This document shows, in pieces, positions 10,479 through 19,779 of a DNA stretch of 64,000 nt; position 1 is the first letter of the stretch; each line of letters starts with the position of its first letter. The DNA is from Verrucomicrobiota bacterium (GTDB lineage: Bacteria; Verrucomicrobiota; Verrucomicrobiia; Limisphaerales; JACDHS01): positions 20,563 to 84,562 of the forward strand of contig JACDHS010000004.1 in assembly GCA_013820875.1 (NCBI GenBank), read 5' to 3'. The translations under genes were made by a program, and so were the position numbers. The notes under the pieces are model-generated. The model made no database searches and was not told the DNA's origin. It worked only from the letters and a program-made list of their open reading frames with translations.

Positions 10479-11348
10479 CTACACTCCTATGGGATGCCAG
10501 GCCGTTTTATACTCCACAGTGTCGAGAATCCAGTAGGGATCCTCTGCTTTTTCACTGAGCCATTCTTTGGCGTTTAGATTTCGTGCTGCGTAGCGTTTTA
10601 GATTGAAAGCAGAGCCGGCTTGAAGTTCTGCACCGATCTCGGAAACACCTGTTCCATCCACAATCGCATTAATATCCATGTGGCTTGCGAGATGGGTGAG
10701 TAATTCAGAACGTTTGCCGCTCAAAACATTGATCACTCCGCCCGGCAAATCGCTCGTGGCGAGAATTTCAGAAAAGGTCAGCGCGGGGAGCGGGTATTTA
10801 TCGGACGAAATCACAATGGCGGAATTGCCGCTCAAAACGACGGGTGCCACCAGCGAGACAAGAGCGATTAGGCTTGGTTCATCTGGCGCCAGCACGGCCA
10901 CGACACCCATCGGCTCGGGAGTGGTGAAATTAAAGTGAGAAGAAGCGACCGGATTCACGCTGCCGAAGATTGGCTGATATTTATCGGTCCATCCCGCGTA
11001 ATGAACGAGGCGATCGATTGAAGCTGTGACTTCTGCCTGGGCCTGGTTGCGTTTGGCACCGGTGGATCGTTCGATCTCCGCTACCAATTCTGCGGACCGG
11101 CTTTCCAACATTTCCGCGGCGCGATACAGAATTTGTCCACGGAGATAAGCTGTTTTCTTCGCCCACCCATCGAAAGCATTGCGAGCGGCCACAGTGGCGT
11201 CGCGGAGATCTTTGCGGGATGCCCAGGAGACGTTATCGAGCGGTTCCCCTTTTGCGGAGTTCGTCGGCAGGACCCGACCGCTTTCGCTCCGCACAAAACT
11301 GCCGCCGATGTAGAGCTTGTAAGTTTTTTTTACGCCGAGACGATTCAT
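10479..11348 (-). CDS. Short aldehyde dehydrogenase-family protein (start reassigned to ATG at 11348)
   Basis: KTYKLYIGG..RSESGR N-terminus, EPMGVV, LPGGVINVLSG, KTAWHPIG C-terminus. Confidence 0.85.
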   Translation of the reverse strand: MNRLGVKKTYKLYIGGSFVRSESGRVLPTNSAKGEPLDNVSWASRKDLRDATVAARNAFDGWAKKTAYLRGQILYRAAEMLESRSAELVAEIERSTGAKRNQAQAEVTASIDRLVHYAGWTDKYQPIFGSVNPVASSHFNFTTPEPMGVVAVLAPDEPSLIALVSLVAPVVLSGNSAIVISSDKYPLPALTFSEILATSDLPGGVINVLSGKRSELLTHLASHMDINAIVDGTGVSEIGAELQAGSAFNLKRYAARNLNAKEWLSEKAEDPYWILDTVEYKTAWHPIGV

Positions 11349-11514
11349 AAGAAAGCGGAGTTCGATAATTCCGCTGTTGGTGCGGAATATAGGAGCTGGA
11401 TGTTTAGAGAACAACGGAATTTCCAAGGCCTCATGGAGAGGAAGCATTGGAAGGAATCTAAACACAATGGCCGCTCGCAAGACTGCCAGCGAGACGCTGC
11501 CAGCACATGGGTCC

Positions 11515-11973
11515 CTATCGAATTTCTGCAATCGCCTGGCGGCAATACCATTTCACGGCATTGGACATGACTGGCTGCAGATGTTCGAGTTCCTCGGAGG
11601 AACACCACCGGATGTCGTGATGCTCTTCAACAGCGCATTGGGCTGCGCTGGAATTCTTCGGGCGCGCCCAGTAAATCATGCCGATATGTTCGTGGGTGTC
11701 GCTGATACGATGTATATCGAGAAAACGCGGAGCGATCAAAGCGCGCGTGCCTGTCTCGGTGGTTGGCGGGCGTTCGCCAATCAGCTCGACTTCAAAACCA
11801 CATTCTTCGCGGGCTTCACGCAGCGCCGCCATCTCGGGATCTTCATCTAATTCGATGTGTCCACCAAGTGGCAGCCATTTATCGAGTTTGCGATGGTGAA
11901 TCAGAAGAATCTTGCCGCCATGAACGACAAAGATGGCGACGGTGAAATCTATTTTCTCATGAATATGGGGCAT
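11515..11973 (-). CDS. NUDIX hydrolase
   Basis: GGHIELDEDPEMAALREAREECG Nudix box. Confidence 0.93.
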   Translation of the reverse strand: MPHIHEKIDFTVAIFVVHGGKILLIHHRKLDKWLPLGGHIELDEDPEMAALREAREECGFEVELIGERPPTTETGTRALIAPRFLDIHRISDTHEHIGMIYWARPKNSSAAQCAVEEHHDIRWCSSEELEHLQPVMSNAVKWYCRQAIAEIR

Positions 11974-11992
11974 GTTTTTAATGGGAATTTAA

Positions 11993-12056
11993 CCACGGAT
12001 GAACACGGATCGATACGGATTCGGAAAAGCACTTTTTCATCCGTGCCGATCTGTGG
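11993..12056. repeat. Short inverted-repeat element CCACGGATGAACACGGAT ... ATCCGTGCCGATCTGTGG
   Basis: 18-bp arms, 14/18 complementary; right arm overlaps the GNAT gene end. Confidence 0.7.
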
Positions 12057-12603
12057 ATAATTTCCAATCCCGCTCGAGCATTGCGTAAACCACGTGGTCA
12101 ACGAAATGGCCATAAAGCCGTTCGGCATCGCGGAGTACGCCTTCCGATTTGAATCCCAGCCGTTCAGGAATCGCACGGCTTTTCACATTGTTCGTGGCAC
12201 AACGGATCTCGACCCTGTTCATCTTCAGTTCAGTAAAAGCGTAATCAATTAGAGCCCGGCAGCTTCTTGTCATGATCCCTTTCCCTTGCAGATCCGCGCG
12301 GAGCCAGTAGCCCATTGCGGTTGAGCGATTCGCAAAGTCGAAACGATGAAAGCTGATCAATCCGGCAAGGTTTCCTTCAAACCAGATGCAGCAATGCAGG
12401 GCTTCCTTCTTTTCACCCTGCTCCCGGCAACTCTCAACGAACTTCAAAGTATCGCCGGCCGCTTTTGTCATATCGAGCCAGGGCAACCATTCTCGAAGGT
12501 AAGCGCGATTCGAATCGGTTAACGCAAATTGTTGTTCGGCATCCGTGCTTTGCACTGCCTTGAGCAGGAGATCGGGAGCAACCTGGAGTGAAAACGTGTT
12601 CAA
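12037..12603 (-). CDS. RimJ/RimL-type GNAT acetyltransferase (likely TTG start overlapping the rnc stop)
   Basis: YLREWLPW, GYWL..QGKGIMT, NVKSRAIPERLGFKSEG. Confidence 0.9.
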   Translation of the reverse strand: MNTFSLQVAPDLLLKAVQSTDAEQQFALTDSNRAYLREWLPWLDMTKAAGDTLKFVESCREQGEKKEALHCCIWFEGNLAGLISFHRFDFANRSTAMGYWLRADLQGKGIMTRSCRALIDYAFTELKMNRVEIRCATNNVKSRAIPERLGFKSEGVLRDAERLYGHFVDHVVYAMLERDWKLSTDRHG

Positions 12604-13295
12604 ACCGTTCTTTCCCGTAGGATGTTCAAGGCGGCGAGAGCGGCTTCGCTTTCCGCAGCTTTCTTGCTCTTGCCGGAGCCGCGGCCGAGTTCGACGCCGC
12701 AGTGAAGGACGACACATTCGAACACCCGATCATGATCCGGACCACTGGAGGAGATCATTTCATACTCCGGCGCTTCCGGTGAATTGGACTGGAGCAATTC
12801 CTGCAATTCGCCCTTGGGATTGTCGAGATTGGGGATATCGCTGACCTCACCAAAGCTCCCCTGGAAGGCGCGCAAGATAAATTCGCTTGCGGCATCAAAC
12901 CCGCCATCGAGAAAGATCGCGCCGATAACAGCTTCAAAGGCATCGGCCAAAGCAGACTCGCGCGCACGGCCCCCGCTGCTTTCTTCTCCACGACTGAGAA
13001 TCAGAAATTCACCGAGATCAATGGCGCGCCCTTGTTCAGCGAGCGCTTTGCCGTTCACCATTTGAGCGCGTGCCTTGGTGAGCGGGCCCTCGTTGAAATC
13101 CGGGAATTTCAAATACAACTCGCGCGTCAGGACCAGGCCAAGAACGGAGTCGCCGAGGAATTCCAGGCGTTGATTGTGTTCGATACTGGGCCCCTGTTCG
13201 TGTGCGACCGATGGATGCGTGATGGCAAGGCGCAACAGGTCAATGTTATGGAACTTGTAACCCAACCGGGTTTGCAATGTTTGAAGATCAGCCAC
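12600..13295 (-). CDS. rnc: Ribonuclease III
   Basis: NQRLEFLGDSVL signature, ADAFEA, C-terminal dsRBD. Confidence 0.98.
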   Translation of the reverse strand: MADLQTLQTRLGYKFHNIDLLRLAITHPSVAHEQGPSIEHNQRLEFLGDSVLGLVLTRELYLKFPDFNEGPLTKARAQMVNGKALAEQGRAIDLGEFLILSRGEESSGGRARESALADAFEAVIGAIFLDGGFDAASEFILRAFQGSFGEVSDIPNLDNPKGELQELLQSNSPEAPEYEMISSSGPDHDRVFECVVLHCGVELGRGSGKSKKAAESEAALAALNILRERTV

Positions 13296-13303
13296 AGGAC
13301 TTT

Positions 13304-13969
13304 TTAAATTTTCGCAGGTTCAACCGATTTTTCCGCCGAGGGAACTTCTGAAGTGGGCGATTCATCCGGCGACGGTACGCTTTCGGGAGCAGAACCTTCC
13401 GGATCTGCGTTTTCCTCCGGGGCGATTCCCACGACATTAGCTGCTTCTTTCGGGGGAGGATTCAATCCGTATTCCAGAAGATTGGAAACATCCCTTTGCA
13501 CTTCTTCGAGTTGATTCAACTGAAGATCCGGGTCGGCGATCGTGAAGAGATCGCCGCTCTTCGGATGTTCGTAAATGAAGATGCGTCGCCCATCGCGCTT
13601 GATCTGCTCTTTAACTTTGAGCAGGCGTTTGCGTTCCAGCATGACGGCGAGAATGAAACAGGCGGCGGCATGTGAAGGATCATTCTGCTCGATCAGCTTG
13701 CGCAGCAATGTTTCGGCGCTCTCTTTCTGGATCGCTTCTGGCGGGGCTGCGGGCGGAACTTCATAAACACCTTGCCAGCGGGAAATCAGGTTGATCTCAG
13801 GGGTGACCGTTTCAGCAAATCTGGTTTTCCAACAGGGTTCACAGACATCGAGGCGCTTCAGTTCGTGTTTCTCATCGAAAAGGAGCGTAAAATAAGGCTG
13901 TTTGTCCGCGAACTTTTGTTCGCAGGTCTGGCACCCGTGAGCGCGTGACTGAATGTTCCAATCGTTCAT
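13304..13969 (-). CDS. Hypothetical protein with CxxC...CxxC N-terminus
   Basis: 221-aa ORF co-oriented with rnc; CQTC and CEPC; acidic tail. Confidence 0.8.
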   Translation of the reverse strand: MNDWNIQSRAHGCQTCEQKFADKQPYFTLLFDEKHELKRLDVCEPCWKTRFAETVTPEINLISRWQGVYEVPPAAPPEAIQKESAETLLRKLIEQNDPSHAAACFILAVMLERKRLLKVKEQIKRDGRRIFIYEHPKSGDLFTIADPDLQLNQLEEVQRDVSNLLEYGLNPPPKEAANVVGIAPEENADPEGSAPESVPSPDESPTSEVPSAEKSVEPAKI

Positions 13970-14109
13970 GCCGTCTGTTCAGAGTCGCAATCGTAATTCG
14001 AAAACAAGAACCAGATTAAGATTACGACGGAAAAGAGTAGGAACAGCCATTCTGCGAAAACAAGTTCAAGTTTTGACAAAAAATGAAACAACACCTTAGC
14101 TGGTCACAC

Positions 14110-15321
14110 ATGAAGCCGTCTCGCCTATTCTTGTTCGCCACACTTTTCCTCTTCCTGGCACAGCCGTTGTTTGCGGCTGAGTTGCCGAAAGTAGGCCTGC
14201 GCGTCGCCTACCCGGAGGTGAAACTTAAACGCCCCCTCTGGCTTTGTGAAGCCCCGGACAAAACCAAAAGAATCTTCGTCGCGCAACAGGATGGCAAGGT
14301 GCTCATTCTGCCTGCCGATCGAACCGGGACGAACACCATAACCTTTCTCGATCTGACCGATCGTAAACCCTGGGAAAAAAATGAAGAGGGGCTGCTCGGC
14401 TTTGCGTTTCACCCGAAGTTCGCGAAGAACGGAAAGTTTTACCTCTATTACTCACAACAAAAACCGCAGCGCAGCGTGGTGAGTGAATTTCGTGTGTCGA
14501 AAGGAAATCCCAACGAAGCCGATAAAGCCAGTGAACGGATCGTGATGGAAATACCGCAGCCGGACTGGAATCACAACGGCGGGCAGATCAGTTTCGGTCC
14601 GGATGGCTACCTCTACATCGCGCTCGGCGATGGTGGTGGGCATAATGATAAATATGGGAACAGCCAGAAGACCGACACCCTGCTGGCGAAAATGTTGCGT
14701 ATTGATGTGGATTCCCGGACCGACGATCTGCAATACGGCATTCCGCGGAGCAACCCCTTTGTTAAGGATAAAGCATTTCGTCCTGAGACCTGGGCGTGGG
14801 GATTGCGCAATCCATGGCGCTTCAGCTTCGATAAGAAAACGGGTGAACTTTATTGCGCTGATGTCGGGCAGAACAAATGGGAGGAGATCAATATTATCAA
14901 GAAAGGTGGGAATTACGGATGGAACTTCCGCGAAGGGTTTGAAGAATTTGGGACCAACGCACCGCCTGCGAACGCAAAGTTCCTCGATCCAATTCTCGAA
15001 TACCCGCACTTCGCGACGCAGACCACCAATCATACGGTTGGCCTGAGTGTGACGGGAGGATATGTCTATCGTGGGAAGAAGATTCCTGAATTGCGCGGCG
15101 TTTATCTTTATGCCGATTTCGTGATGGGAACCATTTGGGGGTTGCGCTACGAGAAAGGCGAAGTCACCACCCATGGAGTGCTTGTTCCCATGCAGAAAGG
15201 ATTGAATCCGCCCCGTCAGATTGCCAGCTTCGGTGAAGACAATTCCGGTGAAGTTTACGTCCTGGCCTACGACCACCGCATCTACGAATTCGAATCGCTG
15301 CAAAAGGTTTCCGCCAAATAG
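14110..15321 (+). CDS. PQQ-dependent glucose/sorbosone dehydrogenase family protein
   Basis: EEGLLGFAFHP, NHNGG, FGPDGYLYIALGDGG, GLRNPWR; signal peptide. Confidence 0.93.
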   Translation: MKPSRLFLFATLFLFLAQPLFAAELPKVGLRVAYPEVKLKRPLWLCEAPDKTKRIFVAQQDGKVLILPADRTGTNTITFLDLTDRKPWEKNEEGLLGFAFHPKFAKNGKFYLYYSQQKPQRSVVSEFRVSKGNPNEADKASERIVMEIPQPDWNHNGGQISFGPDGYLYIALGDGGGHNDKYGNSQKTDTLLAKMLRIDVDSRTDDLQYGIPRSNPFVKDKAFRPETWAWGLRNPWRFSFDKKTGELYCADVGQNKWEEINIIKKGGNYGWNFREGFEEFGTNAPPANAKFLDPILEYPHFATQTTNHTVGLSVTGGYVYRGKKIPELRGVYLYADFVMGTIWGLRYEKGEVTTHGVLVPMQKGLNPPRQIASFGEDNSGEVYVLAYDHRIYEFESLQKVSAK

Positions 15322-15552
15322 TTGCCGCGCTCCGCCTGCCTTCTCACCTACTTTCAATCACCCCCTCCCTTCTCTCCGGGCGCATTTCGATACTGCGACG
15401 GATCCCCCGAGCGGGTGTAAAAGGGCTGAGTTATCACAAGCGAAGCAGCGTGTCGATTTGCTACGTTTGAGACCCGAAGAGAAAATTGGCCCTTTTCCAG
15501 CCGAATATCCCACCAAAATACTCAAAAGTAGAGAAAATGGGCTGTTTATCCA

Positions 15553-15842
15553 TTTTTTCGTTCTGTTTTAGAACCCTGGTTGGCCAACTTGCCGTCAAAA
15601 CAGAACAAAAAAGTAGCAGGGTTGGCCAACCAGGTATCCAAAACAGAACGAAAAAGTAGGTGGGTTGGCCAACCAGGTGTCCAAAACGGAACAAAAAAGT
15701 AGCAGGGTTGGCCAACCAGGTGTCCAAAACAGAACGAAAAAGTAGGTGGGTTGGCCAACCAGGTGTCTAAAACGGAACGAAAAAGTAGGTGGGTTGGCCA
15801 ACGAGGTGTCTAAAACAGGACGAAAAAGTAGCGTGGTTGGCC
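15553..15842. repeat. 43-bp tandem repeat (about 6 copies) preceded by an inverted partial unit
   Basis: GTTGGCCAAC palindrome at 15579, 15621, 15664, 15707, 15750, 15793 and partial at 15836. Confidence 0.96.
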
Positions 15843-15972
15843 CCTTCCCTCGCAGCATTAAAAGTGGGTGAGATTGACTAGGAAACGGAGCGGTTGCGCC
15901 GCGCTCCGTCTGCCACCACCCACTTTTATTCGCACCCCTCCCTGCCCTCCCTGACTTTAGGGTCTTTGCCTG

Positions 15973-16003
15973 TTGACACACTATACATTTTTTGTTTAGT
16001 AAT
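15973..16003 (+). promoter_or_regulatory. Possible sigma-70 promoter of the amidase gene
   Basis: Perfect TTGACA at 15973; only a weak -10 (TAGTAAT region). Confidence 0.3.
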
Positions 16004-16061
16004 AGTGCATTCCCTGTAGTTCTGTGTCCGAACGTCCTTGTCCCTTAACCTTATTAAACCT

Positions 16062-17450
16062 ATGAAGTATACTAAAACTAAACTCTTGGCATTGCTGGTG
16101 ACGACTGTCGCCGCAACGAGTCTGCAAGCGCAGACCACGCCTGCACCACAACCCAACATCTGTAACCGTGCCTGTTGGAGCGCCCGCTCTTCAAGCTGCA
16201 GCACATCGCTCGGCTCCCTGACCCGCGCCATCATCCATCACACCGCTGGACCCAGCGATTACACGACCAATTACGAGACTGGAAAGTCCAGAATGCGTTC
16301 CAATCAGAACTATCACATGGATAGCAACGGTTGGTGCGATATCGGTTATCACTTTTTGGTGAACGCAGCCGGCCATATCTACGAAGGCCGTGTCGGTTCA
16401 ATCGGTTCAAGCGGCGGTTGGAAAAAGGGTGCCCATGATGGTTGCAATTCCAACAGCATGGGCTTCACTGCGCTGGGTTACTTCCACACTCCTTACAATC
16501 ATGCCTTTACGCAAGCGTTGCAGGATGGTCTCGCGGCTGTAATTGCCTGGAGAATGCCAAGCGGTTGGGCTGCGCATGGCAGCGGCACCTATTGCGGAAA
16601 TTCTGTCGGCACCCTGGATGGCCATTACAAGGTTAAAGCCACGGCCTGCCCTGGAACGAACATTATCAATGGACTCGGAAATCTTCGTAACAATGTTGCG
16701 AACCGCAGAACATCCGAAGTCAATAATGCGGCTGTTGTTTCCATGAGTTTCCCAAGCTCCGTAGTCAAGGGGTCAAGCTTCTCCGCAACGGTAACCATGA
16801 ACAATAACGGCACTACCCATTGGGTCGTTGACAATGGCTACAGGCTCGGTTCGCAGAACCCACAAGACAACACTCGCTGGGGACTTAGCCGTGTTAACGT
16901 GGTTGGGACGGTCAGCCCAGGTTATAATTCAGCCTTCACCTTTAATTGCACCGCGCCAACCACCGCTGGCACCTATCCGTTTGACTGGAAGATGGTGCGG
17001 GATGGCGTCCAATGGTTTGGCGCCACCGCAGTCGGAACGATTATCGTGGAAGAGCCAAGTAACGCCGTCATCGTTGATAACCAGGCCGCGACTTATGTTG
17101 GATCCTGGGCAACTGCCAGCTCAGCCACCGATAAGTACGGCGCTGATTATCGCTATCGCTCCACCGCAGCGGTAAGCGAGCCTGCTATCTTCACCGCCAA
17201 CCTCACTTCTGGCAGTCGCAATGTATATGCCTGGTGGACGCAAGGTTCAAACCGCTCCGCAACGGCTCCTTACATTGTCTATCACTCGGGTGGAACCACC
17301 ACCGTCCAAAAGAATCAGCAGGTCAACGGCGGTTCCTGGCAATTGCTGGGTAACTGGACCTTCAATTCTGGTAACAACGATGTCAGGCTCTCCTGCTGGA
17401 CGACCACCGGCTATGTTGTCATAGCTGACGCCGTCAAATGGGGTGACTAA
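16062..17450 (+). CDS. Secreted PGRP-like N-acetylmuramoyl-L-alanine amidase with Ig-like and golvesin-like C-terminal domains
   Basis: IIHHT, GWCDIGYHFLV, IYEGR, GAH, TACPG zinc-amidase motifs; C-terminal VVIADAVKW. Confidence 0.88.
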   Translation: MKYTKTKLLALLVTTVAATSLQAQTTPAPQPNICNRACWSARSSSCSTSLGSLTRAIIHHTAGPSDYTTNYETGKSRMRSNQNYHMDSNGWCDIGYHFLVNAAGHIYEGRVGSIGSSGGWKKGAHDGCNSNSMGFTALGYFHTPYNHAFTQALQDGLAAVIAWRMPSGWAAHGSGTYCGNSVGTLDGHYKVKATACPGTNIINGLGNLRNNVANRRTSEVNNAAVVSMSFPSSVVKGSSFSATVTMNNNGTTHWVVDNGYRLGSQNPQDNTRWGLSRVNVVGTVSPGYNSAFTFNCTAPTTAGTYPFDWKMVRDGVQWFGATAVGTIIVEEPSNAVIVDNQAATYVGSWATASSATDKYGADYRYRSTAAVSEPAIFTANLTSGSRNVYAWWTQGSNRSATAPYIVYHSGGTTTVQKNQQVNGGSWQLLGNWTFNSGNNDVRLSCWTTTGYVVIADAVKWGD

Positions 17451-17470
17451 ACCGTTTTTAAATTAATCCG

Positions 17471-17503
17471 AAAGCCGGAAGAGTTTTCTCTTCCGGCTTT
17501 TTT
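17471..17503 (+). terminator. Rho-independent terminator
   Basis: AAAGCCGGAAGAG-TTTT-CTCTTCCGGCTTT followed by T run, 20 bp after the stop. Confidence 0.92.
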
Positions 17504-17562
17504 GTTTGGTGCGATGGACATAATGCGGTAAAAAATAGGCATCCCATTGCTCATTTTGCGCC

Positions 17563-18702
17563 ATGCCCAAGACTTTGCCCGAAATTGCCCAGTTGCCGAT
17601 CTCTACCATTACGACGCTGGAGTGGGACGTTATTGTCGTGGGAGCAGGGCCTGCGGGTGGAGCCGCTGCGGCATCGCTTGCTTCCAAAGGTGTCAGGGTG
17701 CTGTTGGTTGATCGCAGTAAATTTCCGCGGGAGAAAGTTTGTGGAGACGCTCTTGTTCCAGAGGCTATGGATGCTTTGGAACGGATCGGCCTCAAAGAGA
17801 CAGTGTGCGCTCACTCCATCACGTTGCCCGGCTATACCCTCGTGAGTCCATCTGGGGCGGCGGTGAATTTAAACAGTCCTGTGACCCTCCTGCAACGGAG
17901 AGCGCTGGACACCCTGATTTCTGCCAGGGCCATTGCCAATGGAGCTGTCTTCGCCCAGGGAAAATTCCAGAATGCCGAAGCTCGGCTCGACGGTGATGTG
18001 GATTGCACGCTCAGTGACATGCGGTTCCGTTGCCGGATTTTGATTGTTGCCCCTGGAGCGGACCTAAGCTCTTTAAGATCTTTGGGATTCTCAATCCAGT
18101 TCAACAAACCCGAAGGAGTGGCAATCCGGCGTTACTACCGCAGTTCCGGCGGGCCGGAACGCCCCTACTTTTTTTTAAAAGAAGCTTTTCTGCCTGGCTA
18201 CGCATGGATTTTTCCGTTGGGGGACGATTACTACAACGTGGGATGCGGCACGTTCCTTACCCAATCAAAGAAGATGAACGCTTCTCTGATGAATGCCTTC
18301 GAGCAGTTCCTGGAAGACGATCCGGTGGCCCGGAAACTTGTTCTGCAATCGTCGGAAGCAACCCCTCTGCGCGGAGCTTCGTTGCGTTGCGGAATGCCGA
18401 CCATTGAACATGCGCTGCAAGGAAGAATAATGCTGGCGGGAGAGGCGATAGGAACAACCATTACAGGGTGGGGTGAAGGGGTGAGCAAAGCCATGGAAAC
18501 AGGACTGCTTGCTGCAGAGGTCGCCCAATCAGCCCTGGCAGGAAACGATTTCGGCAAACTCGCGGATTATCCAAAAAGATTGGCAAAAGAGATAAAGCCG
18601 GAAATCGACCGCCATTCGAGAGTAACCTCTTTTTTCAACCGCCGTTGGACGGCAAACCTCCTGGTGAATGCAGCCAGGGCCATCCCAGGGAATTGGCTGT
18701 AG
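17563..18702 (+). CDS. Geranylgeranyl reductase-family flavoprotein
   Basis: DVIVVGAGPAG, FPREKVCGD, GYAWIFP, GEGVSKAMETG. Confidence 0.9.
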   Translation: MPKTLPEIAQLPISTITTLEWDVIVVGAGPAGGAAAASLASKGVRVLLVDRSKFPREKVCGDALVPEAMDALERIGLKETVCAHSITLPGYTLVSPSGAAVNLNSPVTLLQRRALDTLISARAIANGAVFAQGKFQNAEARLDGDVDCTLSDMRFRCRILIVAPGADLSSLRSLGFSIQFNKPEGVAIRRYYRSSGGPERPYFFLKEAFLPGYAWIFPLGDDYYNVGCGTFLTQSKKMNASLMNAFEQFLEDDPVARKLVLQSSEATPLRGASLRCGMPTIEHALQGRIMLAGEAIGTTITGWGEGVSKAMETGLLAAEVAQSALAGNDFGKLADYPKRLAKEIKPEIDRHSRVTSFFNRRWTANLLVNAARAIPGNWL

Positions 18703-18705
18703 CCT

Positions 18706-19776
18706 TTAATCCGGGCGGTTCAATTCCCCATAGGCAGTGCCCGTGACGGGAGCGCCATTGAAGGTTCCTGCTGCTTTCATGCTCCCTTCCCAGAGCACCT
18801 GGGGCTCGACGAATTGCAGATCGTTTTCGGAGGTAAGCGTCAACACGGTATTTTTTAGGCTGGGAATCTTTAGTTCAACTACTTTTTGCCACTTTCCACC
18901 TGAGGCATCTTCATAATATTCCCTGGTTACCAGTTCGCTGGGAAGTTTGTGAAACTGATTGTTATTGGCATCGATGTAGCCGCAATGGGAGCCAATCAAT
19001 TCCTTATCCTTGTAGATGTTGAACAGCATCAGGTCCACGCCGTTATCCAAATTCACGCCAAACCATTTCCACTGGCTAAAATCTTTTTCCCAATCCCATT
19101 TGCCCCATTGATGGTTCAACCATCCGGTACCGGTGACGTTCACCGGATTGTTTCCTGTGCTGAGCGATCCGCTGATAGTTAGATCTGTCAAAGAGTAAGT
19201 ATGAGAAACGCCATTCTTGCCCATCGCAATAAACCCTTCTCCGCCAGTGAGGAACGGATTTTTGTTTGCTTTAATCGTGAGCGCCACGGTCATGCCTTCG
19301 AAATCATAGGAAAAATTATAACGGAAGGGAGCGTCTGCCTGCTTCCACTTCAAGGACAAGGAAGTGACGGAATGAACATTTTCCGTATAATTAAGCGATT
19401 CGTAATAGTCTTTGGTCAGAACTTTGTCCGCGGCTTTGTCATAGAGCGAAACAAGGTGCCTGCCGGTGCTGAGAGCACAAAAAAAGAACGCGTATTTCTT
19501 GCCTGAAGTATCGGCCAACTGCGTGCTCAGATGCCACCACTCGATAGGGTGCTCGTAATGCGCGCCTTCGTCTCGAGGAAATTCGATCGGGCGAGGTTTA
19601 TCGGTGGCGGGGGATGTGCCGGAGGTCACTTGGTTTGTGGTGCTGGCGTGTTCCACCGTCTTTGCCTCCTTTCCGCAGGATGCCAGTAGCAATGGAAGAA
19701 CCAATGCGGGAAATAATGACTTTAGAAGCTTGAGTGACCGCCTCTTCATGTGTCTTTGTTTGTTGGATTGCTTCAT
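18706..19776 (-). CDS. CrtC/AttH-like lipocalin-fold lipoprotein
   Basis: Lipobox LASC, FPRDEGAH, EWWH, GWLNHQWG, WEG, GTAYGEL. Confidence 0.82.
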   Translation of the reverse strand: MKQSNKQRHMKRRSLKLLKSLFPALVLPLLLASCGKEAKTVEHASTTNQVTSGTSPATDKPRPIEFPRDEGAHYEHPIEWWHLSTQLADTSGKKYAFFFCALSTGRHLVSLYDKAADKVLTKDYYESLNYTENVHSVTSLSLKWKQADAPFRYNFSYDFEGMTVALTIKANKNPFLTGGEGFIAMGKNGVSHTYSLTDLTISGSLSTGNNPVNVTGTGWLNHQWGKWDWEKDFSQWKWFGVNLDNGVDLMLFNIYKDKELIGSHCGYIDANNNQFHKLPSELVTREYYEDASGGKWQKVVELKIPSLKNTVLTLTSENDLQFVEPQVLWEGSMKAAGTFNGAPVTGTAYGELNRPD

Positions 19777-19779
19777 AAT

